DNA of 64,000 nt from Geosiphon pyriformis uo1 (Eukaryota; Fungi; Glomeromycota), in contig JAAOMT010000128.1 in assembly GCA_016748015.1 (NCBI GenBank), positions 1,929,538 to 1,993,537 on the forward strand. The letters run 5' to 3'. The notes below the pieces were generated by a model. That model ran no database searches and had not been told where the DNA came from. It saw only the letters and a program-made list of their open reading frames with translations. The translations under genes and the position numbers were made by a program. Positions 1-11,569 of this stretch are shown piece by piece (the stretch's first letter is position 1; each line of letters begins with the position of its first letter).

Positions 1-2
1 AT

Positions 3-2894
3 GTATATGAGCGGTATTCGAATGCTTCCGTAACAGGGATCTTACTTGAGGAACTCGAACCTTACATTATAAAAGATAAAATTCGAGATTTACCTCCAGA
101 AATAATGAAAGATCTGGTTTCGCATTATCAAAAACATCGCATGTTGGCACGGGTTGAAGAATGTATATGGCACATTAACCCACTATGTTTGGATATTGAT
201 CAAGTTGTCCAACTATGTTCTAGTGAAGGTCTATATGATGCATATATTTATGTATATAATCGCTCGATGGTGGACTATGTTAGTCCAGCGGTTGAGCTCG
301 TTGTTTTGATCCGGAAAATATTGATCTTGGAAAAACCAAAACGCCGAAAACACCGACTTTCAATGGGAGGTGCAACAGATCATGGCTTACAAGTCGAAGA
401 TATAGAAACCATGAAATCGAACGCTCGAAAATTTTACACATATCTTAAAAACATTCTTACTGGACGTACATATCCAAATGGAGCCCCCCTAAATGAGATC
501 GAAGCGAATGAGGCGCGCACGACACTCTACTCGTTCGTCTTTTCAGGTCGTTGTGTTGTCTGGCCCAGACATGGTGGGGATCTTATCTTGACAGCCGAAG
601 ATGAGAAGCATGGCGCTGAGCCTACATATCCATATCTACGATTGTTCCTGCGATTTGATACTCAGGCGTTTCTCCAATCTTTAGAATCGGCTTTCGAAGA
701 TTCTTACCTCAACGGAGTTGAGATAAATACGAGTAATGATGAATATTACGAAGAGGAAGATGTACCAGGAAAAATAATCAACCGACAATTACTAGTAAAT
801 ATTTTGCTTGAAGTAATGACCTCAAGCTCTGCAGAACATTCCGAATTTACCCCTTCCGACATATCTTATATATACTGTTTCGTGTCTCGAAACCTTCCCA
901 AATATCCCCAATTTCTCCTATTACCACCATCAACCATTCAACATATTTTAATAAAACTCGGTATGGATAATGATCCTCGTACGCGAGAAGAACGCCAGTT
1001 TGCAGTTGAATGCTTGCTCTCAATATACAATCCTGATAACGAAGATCGCATGGTTGCCCTCTACGAGAACGCCGGATTTTGGCGGGTTTTAGAACATGTG
1101 TATAAGGCTGATAAAAAGTATGGATTGCTTGTAACAACCTACCTGAAAGATGCTGATCGAAGAAAAGAAGTATTCCAATGTATCAGAGGGCTATTGGATC
1201 CCAATTGTGGGCTAACGCAAAGTCAACGTGATGAAGTGTCTGCTACTGTCATGTCAATGATTGCTGATATTGTCAATATCGACGGTGAAAAAACGGCGCA
1301 GTTAATCCAAATCTATTTTAATCGTGATCATCAGAATGTAATCGCAAATTTGGAATCTTCTCCAATACTTCTTTTCACGTATCTAAGAGGACTTTTAGAG
1401 CCTCTGCAAGATATTTTAAACGCAGAAGACCCAGATTTTGTCCCGGATGTCGAAGAACAAATCATTTGTGCTGATAAAACCACAGATTTAACATTTATTG
1501 GACCAGAAATCCATGAACAGTACATCGCGCTCATGTGCAAATTCGACCCTACTGGTGTATATCACTACCTTCAAACACACCAAGAAAACACATACAGACT
1601 TGAGAAGGTACTGCTTATATGTGAAGCTGCGGGTATCGTAGACTCTGTTGTTTGGATCTTGGAGCGAAGTGGAAATGCTTTAGGTGCGCTTGATAAAGTA
1701 TTGCAAATCGTTCAAGGAAAAAAGCAAGATATTCTCGATCTCGTAGAAGAAAAAAAAAATACCATGAATGAGAGATGGACATTGCATGAAAAATCTAGAG
1801 TGGATCAATCTTTGATGAAGTTAAAAGGTGTGCTTAAAATAGGCATAATGTTATGTGAGAATAGTTGCCGAAGAGCAACAATGTCAAATAATGGCAGTGA
1901 AATTGCTTCAACTTCTGTTATACCGTTACCTAATCGTACAAATGAAAGTGAAACTGAGATTTTATGGTTCAAACTTCTTGATTCATTTTTGGGCGCCACT
2001 AAATCGATATCATCAAGTTTATCACCACAGTTTCCATCCTTATTGCCCGATAGGCTAATGGCCAACGGACAGGTGTCATCATATGGTATGCCCCGGATAC
2101 CCGTACCTCCTCATATAGCGAATCATCTCATTACCACATTCAAGTCTTATGTACAGTCTATCATGAGGTCATTACTTCTATCAACCTCTTCTTACGTTTC
2201 TTTGCCTCGGCTGCTACTTCGGTTCATTCAATCACAATCCAAGAGGAACAGTACGGTTGCGGATTTCAGGGAAATCTTTGTTGGCATGATTGATACATAT
2301 AAATATGAAGGTCAGTTGCTGGCTATGACCAACCGACTATTTGAAAAGGACTTGTTCAGGGGTGTAGCAGGTGTTGTACGGCAGCGTGGTAAAGGATGGC
2401 GTCCTCGAAGGGGGACGTGTGAAGTGTGTGGGGGTCAGTTCTGGGGAACCGATTTGACTCCCCTGACCCTCCGCACGACACCGGGTTGGGGTTCAGCCGA
2501 AAAGAAAACGCCCCATTCATCCAATATATCAACCAATGCCACTATTGCAGATATTATTCCGAATTTAGAGGCGGCGGCGGCTGCGGACGATGAAATATCA
2601 AGTTCTGAAAGTCTGGTCCCTACCTCATCATCGCAAACGGTCTCTCCTATTGAGCCAGTGTCCAAGGTGACAACGAAGACTACTCAAGAAAATGACCTTA
2701 TTTTATTCCGTTGTGGTCATGGATATCACCGAAGATGCCTTGAGACGGAAAACGCTGATGATGAAATTGAAAATATTTCCTCTGAATCGAAGTGTGCCGT
2801 TTGTCAAACCGAAAGAATGGGTGAAAGTTGGACACCTTCGCAAGAATCTAGAGTTGGTGTATTGTCGAAAAGCAAAGGGAAGGAAAAAAGGTGA
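3..2894 (+). CDS. VPS8: Vacuolar protein sorting Vps8 (CORVET subunit), 5'-partial; alpha-solenoid plus C-terminal RING-H2 split by a low-complexity insert
   Basis: Frame is open from the window start (VYERYSNASVTGILLEELEPYIIKDKIRDLPPEIMKDLV...). Vps8-type motifs: LEPYI..PP, LDIDQV..LC...LYDA..Y, YPYLRLFLRFD..AFL. RING halves: CEVC ... FRCGHGYHRRC ... CAVC. Confidence 0.9.
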   Translation, partial: VYERYSNASVTGILLEELEPYIIKDKIRDLPPEIMKDLVSHYQKHRMLARVEECIWHINPLCLDIDQVVQLCSSEGLYDAYIYVYNRSMVDYVSPAVELVVLIRKILILEKPKRRKHRLSMGGATDHGLQVEDIETMKSNARKFYTYLKNILTGRTYPNGAPLNEIEANEARTTLYSFVFSGRCVVWPRHGGDLILTAEDEKHGAEPTYPYLRLFLRFDTQAFLQSLESAFEDSYLNGVEINTSNDEYYEEEDVPGKIINRQLLVNILLEVMTSSSAEHSEFTPSDISYIYCFVSRNLPKYPQFLLLPPSTIQHILIKLGMDNDPRTREERQFAVECLLSIYNPDNEDRMVALYENAGFWRVLEHVYKADKKYGLLVTTYLKDADRRKEVFQCIRGLLDPNCGLTQSQRDEVSATVMSMIADIVNIDGEKTAQLIQIYFNRDHQNVIANLESSPILLFTYLRGLLEPLQDILNAEDPDFVPDVEEQIICADKTTDLTFIGPEIHEQYIALMCKFDPTGVYHYLQTHQENTYRLEKVLLICEAAGIVDSVVWILERSGNALGALDKVLQIVQGKKQDILDLVEEKKNTMNERWTLHEKSRVDQSLMKLKGVLKIGIMLCENSCRRATMSNNGSEIASTSVIPLPNRTNESETEILWFKLLDSFLGATKSISSSLSPQFPSLLPDRLMANGQVSSYGMPRIPVPPHIANHLITTFKSYVQSIMRSLLLSTSSYVSLPRLLLRFIQSQSKRNSTVADFREIFVGMIDTYKYEGQLLAMTNRLFEKDLFRGVAGVVRQRGKGWRPRRGTCEVCGGQFWGTDLTPLTLRTTPGWGSAEKKTPHSSNISTNATIADIIPNLEAAAAADDEISSSESLVPTSSSQTVSPIEPVSKVTTKTTQENDLILFRCGHGYHRRCLETENADDEIENISSESKCAVCQTERMGESWTPSQESRVGVLSKSKGKEKR

Positions 2895-4230
2895 TTTTTG
2901 ATTTTTTGTTCAAAAACATGAAGTTTTTGCAACAAATTCTAAATCTATATTTTTTTTTCAACAGGTTTAACTAAGAAAGGGTTAATGTTTTTAGTGAAAA
3001 TATTTTATTCTCAAAGTTTGCCTTTAGAATGAATTCATGGGTAATTTATTTAATTTTTTATCTTTCAGGGTCGAACTTGACTTGGCGGTCCTTTCGTGTA
3101 AGTATGGTAATATATGATCCCTACCCCCTCTGATCCAGATATATTTTTGAAATTCTATAATTTGGTTTTCGCCTACGAAAAATATGCTTTGTAACATCTT
3201 GGCTTCTGTATTTATATTCGCTTGGATGGAGATTTTGGAAATTTGTATTTTATAATTAATTTTTTTAAGATTTAGGGCATAAATTCCTTTAGAGATTTTG
3301 AGTGAGAAGCCTTTTTGGTTTTGACTCATATTATTGCGAAAAAAATTTTCATAAGTGTTTTCAATTATTAGATGAAATAATTCCTAAGAATGCCAATACA
3401 AAATTTTTTAGTAAATATTAATTAAATAAATTTAAACAATACATGTAATTCAATATATATTATTTTTAAATAATTTTTTTACTTTGCATATTTGTAAATT
3501 GCTTCAAAAGCTCGTGGGTGAAAATGGAAGATACCAAATTTTAAATTGACTGAATGCCGTATTTGTCAACATTATTTTTCAGCTCCAATGTATCAACATC
3601 GTAATTCAAATTTTTGGTTATCTCAAAGAATTCAATTATTGTAATGCACTTTCAAAATCTACAACAGAAAGAAGACCAGAATTCCAAACTTTACCATAAA
3701 TCCAAAGTTGAAACTCAAACAAAAGATGCGAACTTATTGTTTATTGTGGCAAAGTTGACAAAATAAATTCGCGCGCGAAAGTATCCCGTTGCTCATTTGA
3801 GCAAATCGCATTTTTTATATTCTTTTATCACCCCACTTTTACCTTAAATCTTTGTTGTCATTGTCCAATTTATTTAAATATATTATTGTGTTCTGTGAAA
3901 AATGAAAAGTAGCTAACGCAAAGAATTTTTAAATCTGAGTTTTAAATCAATTTAGCACTTGTCATTTTAACTAAGAAGAAATGCAATGTTGAGCCGAAAA
4001 TCCCGAAAATCTAGTAAATTTGGTATATTCACTTTGCTGCAACATAAAAAAGAATGACTATTATTAAGGCAGAGAACAGAAAGTATTCATGCCCATTATA
4101 TTGTCTCCTTAGGAAGGACAATTAAAAATGTTCATAGGAAATACCCCTAAACCATTTGAAGTATCTGAGAATACCTACTATTTATAATTTTATCCTCACT
4201 CTCATTCATCATCCTATTCCTTCTCTTATC

Positions 4231-5917
4231 TTAATCATCTTCGTCATCAGAGTCCTCTTCGGGCGCCAGAAAATATGATGGATATACATTAGTCACACGA
4301 TCCCAATACCAAAGGTTATTGGTGAGCAGATGGAAATCAGCAGTCACCAGCATTCCGGCCATTGCATATTGTGCTTGGTTTGAGCTGATCAAAACTGATA
4401 TTGGGGTTGCTTCGAGGTTGTCATGTTCACGAACGAACATTCTGAAGAATGGTTGGGGCTCGGGTATGTTTGGTTTTGAAACAGAAGCACCACCGTTTTC
4501 CTCAGTAATTGTAATCGCAGGAACTTTATGATCGCCATTCTCAGTTTCATTAGTATTAATTGGTGGCGATGAGACACCAGCTGTATGTTCTGCATCAGGG
4601 GCGTTCTCAGTAGCATTCGTAGATAGGGATGGTGATGGTGTTATTGGTTTCTCTTCAACACTAATTATATCCATTTGAATAGATATCTTTGACATCTTTT
4701 TATCAAGTTTAACGGATGAAGCCTCAAGACTAGTGACTTGCTTGAATAATACTACGGCTTCATTCATTGAGATACCAATCATTTTAGCAACTTGTTCTTC
4801 GCCGCCCCAACAATCATCAAATATTCCAAATAATTCGCCCCCAAACAATAAAGAGCAAGCCTTATTGAATTTTCCAGGTGAGATCTGCGCTAAAAGCTTG
4901 CAATTTGGGAGCTCGATTTTTGCACGTTTAGCAATCTCCAAAGCGCGTTGCATATCTTCAAGGTACTCGGGACAGACCTTACAGTTAATCAGGTAATTAA
5001 TGAAGGAGATAACCACCTCTGGTGCTTGACGAAATTGGTCCATATTGACATAACCGGATTTTTCAATCAAATAGCTTGACAGGTAGACAGTGGCATTATA
5101 GGTAAAGTCCACCTCCATACCTTCTACAAGATCATCTTCGACATAATTGGTAGCTCGACGGGCCAGAATCTCATCCGCGTCAGCATCTGCTTCGTCCAAG
5201 CCATCCTGACCTAAGAATTGCTTGGGTCCAGACTCAATTCCTCCAAGATGCAAGTATGAATTAAAGACTTGATTTCGAACGGTACTGAATTTGCGATTTT
5301 TTTTGTATCTCTGAACAGCGATCTCGACGCGATGGCTTAACGGCCGCGAGCTAAATTAAAAATTGGATTTAACCAAATCTAGTGATTTCAAGATAAAATT
5401 GAATAAAAAAGCAGAGATCAAATCATTTAATATATTATACAGGTCATAGAGATTTGTATCTTCTTCATCTGCTTCGACATCGTGAAAATCTATATCACCA
5501 TCTATATTACTTTCACCATTTTCAGCTATAGGAGCCTTCTTTTTCTTTTTTTTTTTCTTTTTCTTCTTTTTTACCGGCTCAATCCCGAGCTTCACGCTGT
5601 CGTCTTCTTCAAGAGCTTCTTTAGCTTCACTGCTATTCTCTTTGGCTTCACTGCTATTCTCTTTGGCTTCACTGCTATTCTCTTTAGCGTCTTCCTCTTC
5701 GTCGTCTACGAGGGTTACCTTACGGTTTCCATTCGGAGTATCGTTGTTAATGACATTAACGGCCTTTGGCTTCACGACAGGTATGAGTTCGGGAAGGTCA
5801 CTAAAGCTTCGGAAAAACAAAATTGTACCACCAAGTCCGATTATATGTGTCAAATCACTTTTCAAGAGAAGCTTAAAGCCAAAAGAACTGTACGAAAACC
5901 TACTCGTCTTGGTCCAT
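4231..5917 (-). CDS. arb1: Argonaute siRNA chaperone (ARC) complex subunit Arb1-like protein, 3 exons (5917-5904, 5806-5441, 5350-4231), 499 aa
   Basis: GT-AG introns 5903-5807 and 5440-5351 give a continuous 1500-nt frame. Spliced sequence LYDLSRPLSHRVEIAVQRYKKNRKFSTVRNQVFNSYLHLGGIESGPKQF ... VDF...YLS ... VCPEYLED ... PGKFNKACSLLF ... WYWDRVTNVYPSY matches the fungal Arb1 family as I recall it. N-terminal poly-Lys tract. Confidence 0.85.
5618..5688 (-). repeat. Coding 21-bp tandem repeat (about 3.4 copies) encoding AKENSSE
   Basis: On the + strand, ttcactgctattctcttt(g/a)gc is repeated three times. Confidence 0.95.
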
Positions 5918-6480
5918 AACCTTATGCCCGATCAAGTTCAACCAGAAAATCTATTCTAAAATAATTGGAGGCTATAAATAGTTTAAGGCCATTTTTGGGA
6001 ATCGCGTTTAAGAACAATATTTCGAAAGACGCGTAATGTTCAAAAACTTGTTATTAACAAAATCAAAAGACAAAGAATAAATCACGCTATAGCACTTTGT
6101 TTTACAGATTTTATCAATCAAACTCGATTATAATTATTACAGTATATGGTAGTCAACACTAAGAAGCAGTGCATTTTTGTCCAGCCCATCAAGCAAAACC
6201 CCAGCTTAGGAAGTCAATCCTTTAAAGAAAAAACCTCTCAAGATCCAAACACATAAGGATCTTTTGTTTTCATAAAAACAATTCCCCATTCTTTTGTATT
6301 CATTGAAAGAATTAAAGCACAAAAAAAATTGAATAAATATTAAAAAAAGTGATCATATTAATTTAATGTTTTATAAGTAAATACAATATTAGTATTATCC
6401 GTTACACAACCAAGTTGACATTATTTTTTTGATTGCGATTATCATAATTTATACTCGATAATCCAATGCAAAAATAGAAA

Positions 6481-7296
6481 ATGGCAAGAGAAAAGCCGAA
6501 ACAGTTATTGGCAATTGCCGGTCACATCTACTTGATAAGCCCACACACTGGTGCCTATAAAGAATACCTTTCTGATGACTGGACACCTACCAATGCGGGT
6601 GTGGTCGTTCCATCCACAAATAATCTCTACATCACAAATTCGTTCAATAACCTTTGGGAAATCTCATTAAAAGAGGGAACTGGTGTAGCTCGAAAAATTA
6701 GTTGGGACAATTGGGGTTCTTGTAATGCATTGATTGCCGTTCCAAAACCTGGGGGAGCCACGTATAATTTATTCGCTTTTTGTCACAAATTATGGCTAAT
6801 TGATGACACAACAACTGGACATTGCATTGATTATCTTGGGGGATACACTGATGTTTGGGCCAGAGTCAATGCAACCGCCAGGATCGGGCATAAAATTTAT
6901 GCCACAACCTCGGCGAATAATTTATGGGTTGTGGATACAGTGGAGAAAAAAGTGGAGAAACTAGGTGGTGGATGGGATAATTGGTCCACGTGCGGGGCAT
7001 TAGCTACTGTTAATGGAAAATTATACGCGTTTTGTCATGGATTGTGGTTGGTAGATGTGTTGACCGGAAAGAGTACTCCATTCTTTGAGGATAGTGATGA
7101 TAAAGAGGGTAGCAAGAGATCTTGGTCAGATGTCAAATGCACCAGTACGATTGATACGAGTATTTTTGCGATTACGGGAAGTCGGTTGGTAGAGGTTGAT
7201 ACAGTGGAAAAGCGGGTGAGGGAGATTAGTCAAGATAATTGGGCCAGAACCAAGGTTTTGGTAGCTGTGGATCGTGACGTAGTTGGAGACGTATAG
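6481..7296 (+). CDS. Intronless 271-aa W-repeat protein, probable six-bladed beta-propeller (tachylectin-like spacing), no signal peptide
   Basis: Six roughly 40-48 aa repeats anchored on DxW/DNW followed by A-hydrophobic...LY/LF...LW.(I/V)D..TG. Intact ORF, divergent from arb1. Confidence 0.75.
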   Translation: MAREKPKQLLAIAGHIYLISPHTGAYKEYLSDDWTPTNAGVVVPSTNNLYITNSFNNLWEISLKEGTGVARKISWDNWGSCNALIAVPKPGGATYNLFAFCHKLWLIDDTTTGHCIDYLGGYTDVWARVNATARIGHKIYATTSANNLWVVDTVEKKVEKLGGGWDNWSTCGALATVNGKLYAFCHGLWLVDVLTGKSTPFFEDSDDKEGSKRSWSDVKCTSTIDTSIFAITGSRLVEVDTVEKRVREISQDNWARTKVLVAVDRDVVGDV

Positions 7297-7479
7297 AAAA
7301 TTCGGTACTATGCCAAAATGTTAATTATTTATTTGCTATAAATTATATCTTTTGGTACTTCAGATACGTGTTATAAGCTATATACTCGGCTCATTATCTT
7401 GACAAATTAGGAAAACGACTATTGATAAGTTTAATTAATAAAATATAATTAGAATTTATAAATTAGTTGAAATTTTAAT

Positions 7480-9472
7480 AATTTTCTCAGATATGCTTTT
7501 AAATATCCGGCTGAAGTCTAGTATTTTACAAAGGGGAAAAAACTGTTTGCCTCTAACATCGTAATATTCTTTCAGACCTTTTCGCAATATTTATATACAT
7601 GATTGGATCCAAAGAAAGATAAATGATGTTCCTCTTTGAGCCGTAAAAATCCCATCCACTAAACTCAATTAAGTTATTTTCAACCACCGTGGTTTCAAGC
7701 TTTCTTATAAATTATTCCCCGAGAAGGATCGTGATATTATGGAAAGTTATGCTTCCACAGATGCCAATAGCTTCTAGCATCTAGACTTTATTTGCAAAAA
7801 ATTAATCGTCATTGGGGATTATTAAGAATATTTATTTTGAAATATTCTCCAACTAAATAAATTTCCAATATGTCACAAAATTCACAAAGCCCGGAGTGAT
7901 CGGCAATTCCAGACTTGAGAAAATGCTCTAACCAGCGTATCAACTTTTCAAGTTTAATGTTTCGAGTTTTTGATCTCGCTGTAGATCTTTGCTCACATTT
8001 GTTGACATTTTCTCGATTTGTATTTTTGTTTATGAACCGTTTATTGGTATTCCGTGAGGTCTACTATGTTGAACCGGATTCAATCATTGACTTGGAAAAA
8101 CTGCTCATATTGATGACTGAATAGGTGATACTGTTTTTACTGTGACAAGGCAAGGATAGATATTTCCTCTGCGTATATTGAAAGGTCATTGTATTCTAAT
8201 ATTATTTTCCAAAAGCCCAAAATCACCAGTGATCGCACTACCTGCTGAATTAACAATCATATAGTAGAAAAGGGCGGAAGAGAGGCAAAACTTTTCCAAC
8301 GTCAGATCCAATCTCGGAATAGACTTTGTTCATGATTGAATTTAATAGAGGCTTGTGTTTTATGAAAGACGTGGGTATACGCCGACCTTCTATAGGTGAC
8401 CGATAATTATCTAAGATAGGTTCGGATTTTCGAATTGTCGATTATTCATGCATGGTAGAAATCAAGGCTTTAGAGTATTGTTTCCCCAATCCCACCCTCT
8501 ACTGATTATGATACGAGCCAAATATAAATTCCGTGGTAGATATTGCGATATTATCAATAACTCATTGGTAGAAATGAAAGATAATTAAGAATCAGTTGCC
8601 ATATTATGAATCGGTAAGAGCGCTCATATCGTCAAGCGCTTTGAGATCTATTGCGACAAAACCATCCATGATGTAATTAACAAATCGGTCAAGATATTAC
8701 AAATCGTCGATAGCATTGAAATCTCCAGCGCTTTCAAATTCCCTCCATTTGGTAACCAAAGTTTGAGAATCTGTTCCAATAGTGACTTAGAAATAATTTG
8801 ACTTAATGAACTTACTTGGTTTTTACGGGTAAGCTGAGCCGACATGAAATATATCATTGCTCCATGTGTTGTTTGTTCTTATAGAGTTCAGAGAAACACT
8901 AGCTGATCAGATACTTCCTTGTTTTGTACAAACTAAGATGTAGAAATATCCTTTAGCATTCTCTTTTATAATTTCAGAAACCCATGTAGGATATTAAAAT
9001 TGTATTCAATATCGGATTTTGTTTTAGGCATGCATTAAGATGATGGAGTGGGCAGAGCTTTTGGAAATTTCTTAAATTTTTAGATAGCTTCAGATGGTGA
9101 ATTGCTACTAGGGTTCTCTTGAGTTCTTGCAATAAATCCTGTAATGAGAGCTGTACTTGCTTCCTATTCCTTTGCATCCTCTTTTTTTGGTTTTCACGCA
9201 ATTATTTCAAAGATAATTCTTTTACCTGTGACTTTCTTGGTTCTCATAAATATAAATACTCAGTGTCCTCCAGGGAATTCCTGCCAGCTGGCACATTTTC
9301 TTTTACATTACGCTGGTTGTTGGCCATTTTGAAGTGTAGAAAAGGAATGCAGTTTATGGTTTTCAGTTTATCTACAATCAACATTAATTAGTCCCAAGCA
9401 TGGGCCGCTGTTAAGTGCAACTTGTGTTGATGTTGAGGTTGGAGAATCTAAATTCGTTGATTCGGTGTGCAT
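7480..9472 (-). pseudogene. Decayed coding-like region of unknown identity (possibly DNA-transposon derived)
   Basis: Protein-like stretches interrupted by stops and frameshifts (e.g. LRENQKKRMQRNRK..., LIRWLEHFLKSGIADHSGLCEFCDIL, RSYWHLWKHNFP*YHDPSRG, HLSFFGSNHVYKY). Composition is gene-like rather than intergenic. Boundaries approximate. Confidence 0.4.
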
Positions 9473-9670
9473 TGATCATGATTGGCAAAAGAAAATGGAA
9501 TAATGTCCGCAAAAGAAAAAAATTGTCCAAACTATATAAATAGAAAAGAAATTGATACTAACGCACTGATTGATTGCTTGACTAAAAGAACATAGTAGCC
9601 AAGCAGAAGGAGTAAGAACCTTCTAGGAGTCACAAAAAGAGTTTGCCCCTTTTGATTCATAGAAAGATGC

Positions 9671-10156
9671 TTAATAAGCAGACTTCCTCATTTCAAAAAG
9701 ATTTACCCTAGCTTTGATCCTTCCTTGCCGGGGAGGAAGTTTTCGGCAAGGAGCTTGGGTTTGGGTGGTGGTATGCAAAGTATTTTGGGTTGTGGTGTTG
9801 GTAGTGGAAGGGCGAGAGGCAGAAAAAGGCTGCCGTTGACGAGCGCGCTCACGCAGTCTCGCCGAGCGGCGAAGAGTCCCCTGCTTTCTTGGCGGTTGTT
9901 TTCTTGAGGGTAGTTGTGGTGCTACGGGTAAGGATTGTAAAGGGGGGTTGGTGGGTGGCACCGGTTGCCGGATCGCTCGGTGTGGAAGATGTTGTTGCAG
10001 TTGTTGTTGGTCTTGTTGTTGCAGTTGTCGTTGAAGTTGAGGTTGTTGTCGTGTTTGCTTTTGCAATGTGGCGGCCTGTAAGGTTTGGAACTGCCACCAC
10101 ATAGGAGAAGTGCCATAACCTGGCCACCGCAAGTTGTTAGGAGCAAAGAAATTCAT
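9671..10156 (-). CDS. Orphan 161-aa Q/P/T/R-rich disordered protein with RRSARL motif
   Basis: ATG-to-TAA open frame in a locally GC-rich, CpG-containing segment. Low-complexity Gln and Thr tracts and basic motifs. Confidence 0.5.
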   Translation of the reverse strand: MNFFAPNNLRWPGYGTSPMWWQFQTLQAATLQKQTRQQPQLQRQLQQQDQQQLQQHLPHRAIRQPVPPTNPPLQSLPVAPQLPSRKQPPRKQGTLRRSARLRERARQRQPFSASRPSTTNTTTQNTLHTTTQTQAPCRKLPPRQGRIKARVNLFEMRKSAY

Positions 10157-11569
10157 CTTGCCGCATAAAGCGGGGAAATTTGATAATGAAAGACGATTAT
10201 CCTAAACGTGTATTTCGTTAATATAGCAGAAAAAGTTTCATCCAATAAAATTGGACACAGTAGCTTTGAGATTCGTCAAAAAACCTCCTTAAAAGTGACA
10301 ATAATAGATTATGTCTCGCTTTCAGCTAAGTCTCCCACTTAAAATGTCGAAAAATGCCACGCCGCTATTACATTTTGAACTAATCATGGGAGACATTCGG
10401 CTTGAATTGCTTGTTTGGTATGCTTTAATACAGTTTTTAATTCTTTAGTTTTATCCTTTTTACCTTATATCTTTGATGGGTTGGATAACCAACCTCTCTG
10501 CTCATGATAATATAAGAAGACGACCCCGAAATATACATTAACAACCACAATCGTATTTGTTTGTGCCAGGTTGATTTTTTGGCAAAACTTAATACCATCT
10601 TTCACCACACTTTGATGGTACCAACGCATTGTCCACAAAATGACGCCGTTTTTTGGTGGCTTCCTTCATCAATGCAAAAGTTTTTATAATTAGTCTAAAA
10701 TTATTCTGCGTGAAACAAGAAATGCATGTCAGCAAAAGTAAAAAAAACTTCTTATTACTTGGCTTATCCTGAATTATGTAATAATGAAAAGTTCACCAAA
10801 ATTTGATAATTCATTTTCATTTTAGTATTAAAACTCAAAATAGTATTACTCAAAAAATGTATAAAAAAATGTTGAATTTTTCCAAAAAATGTATTTTATA
10901 ATAGTTTTAATGAAATTAATATAATTCATAAAACAAAATTTCTTTCATCTAAACTATAATTAACAAATAAAATTATACTATAAATTAATAAATAAAAGTT
11001 AAGTATTTATTAATTTAATTAAAATTAATTGTTTTTTGGTTTTTTTAAATTCAGAATAAATTTTTTTATAAATCAAACTTAAATTGAAAATAATTTAAGC
11101 ATCATAATTAGTTCTAATGTTATTAAATTAATAAAAACATTAAAAAATTAAAAAAGCCAATATTTTATTTTTTGTAAAAAAACCAGACTTTAAATCAAAA
11201 AAAGTACTTTAAAAAATTAAAAAAATGTTTTTTTGTTAATTTGGTTTTTTTAACTATTTAAACAACAAAAAACCAAAAATAATTAATTTTATTATTAACT
11301 TATTATTAAAAATTTAAAAAATAATTTATGTTAATAATAATAAGTTGTTTTAAAAAATCTTATTTAAAAAAATGCTTTAAAACAATTAAACTTAAATAAA
11401 ATTTTATTTGATTCTTTTTGTAATTAAAAAAACTTTTTAAGTAATATATTATTAAAAATTATTAAAAAAATAAAAACTGTTTTTACTCTTGTTTTAATTA
11501 TAATTGTAAAAAATATTATTATATAATTTATAAAAAAAAAGTTATCAAACAATTTTGTATTTGGAAAAA

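Noticed and set aside
847-2901. Short ORFs antisense to or overlapping VPS8
   Set aside because: Shadow frames of a long conserved CDS with no independent features.
3024-3329. 101-aa minus-strand ORF
   Set aside because: AT-rich K/I/N-biased translation with no motif; lies in the VPS8 3' flank.
3768-3779. Palindrome TTCGCGCGCGAA (E2F/MCB-like)
   Set aside because: A single 12-mer between two convergent 3' ends with no associated gene start; function cannot be supported.
6146-6256. 36-codon ORF upstream of the propeller gene
   Set aside because: Too short, with no motif and no convincing splice link; could be a chance uORF.
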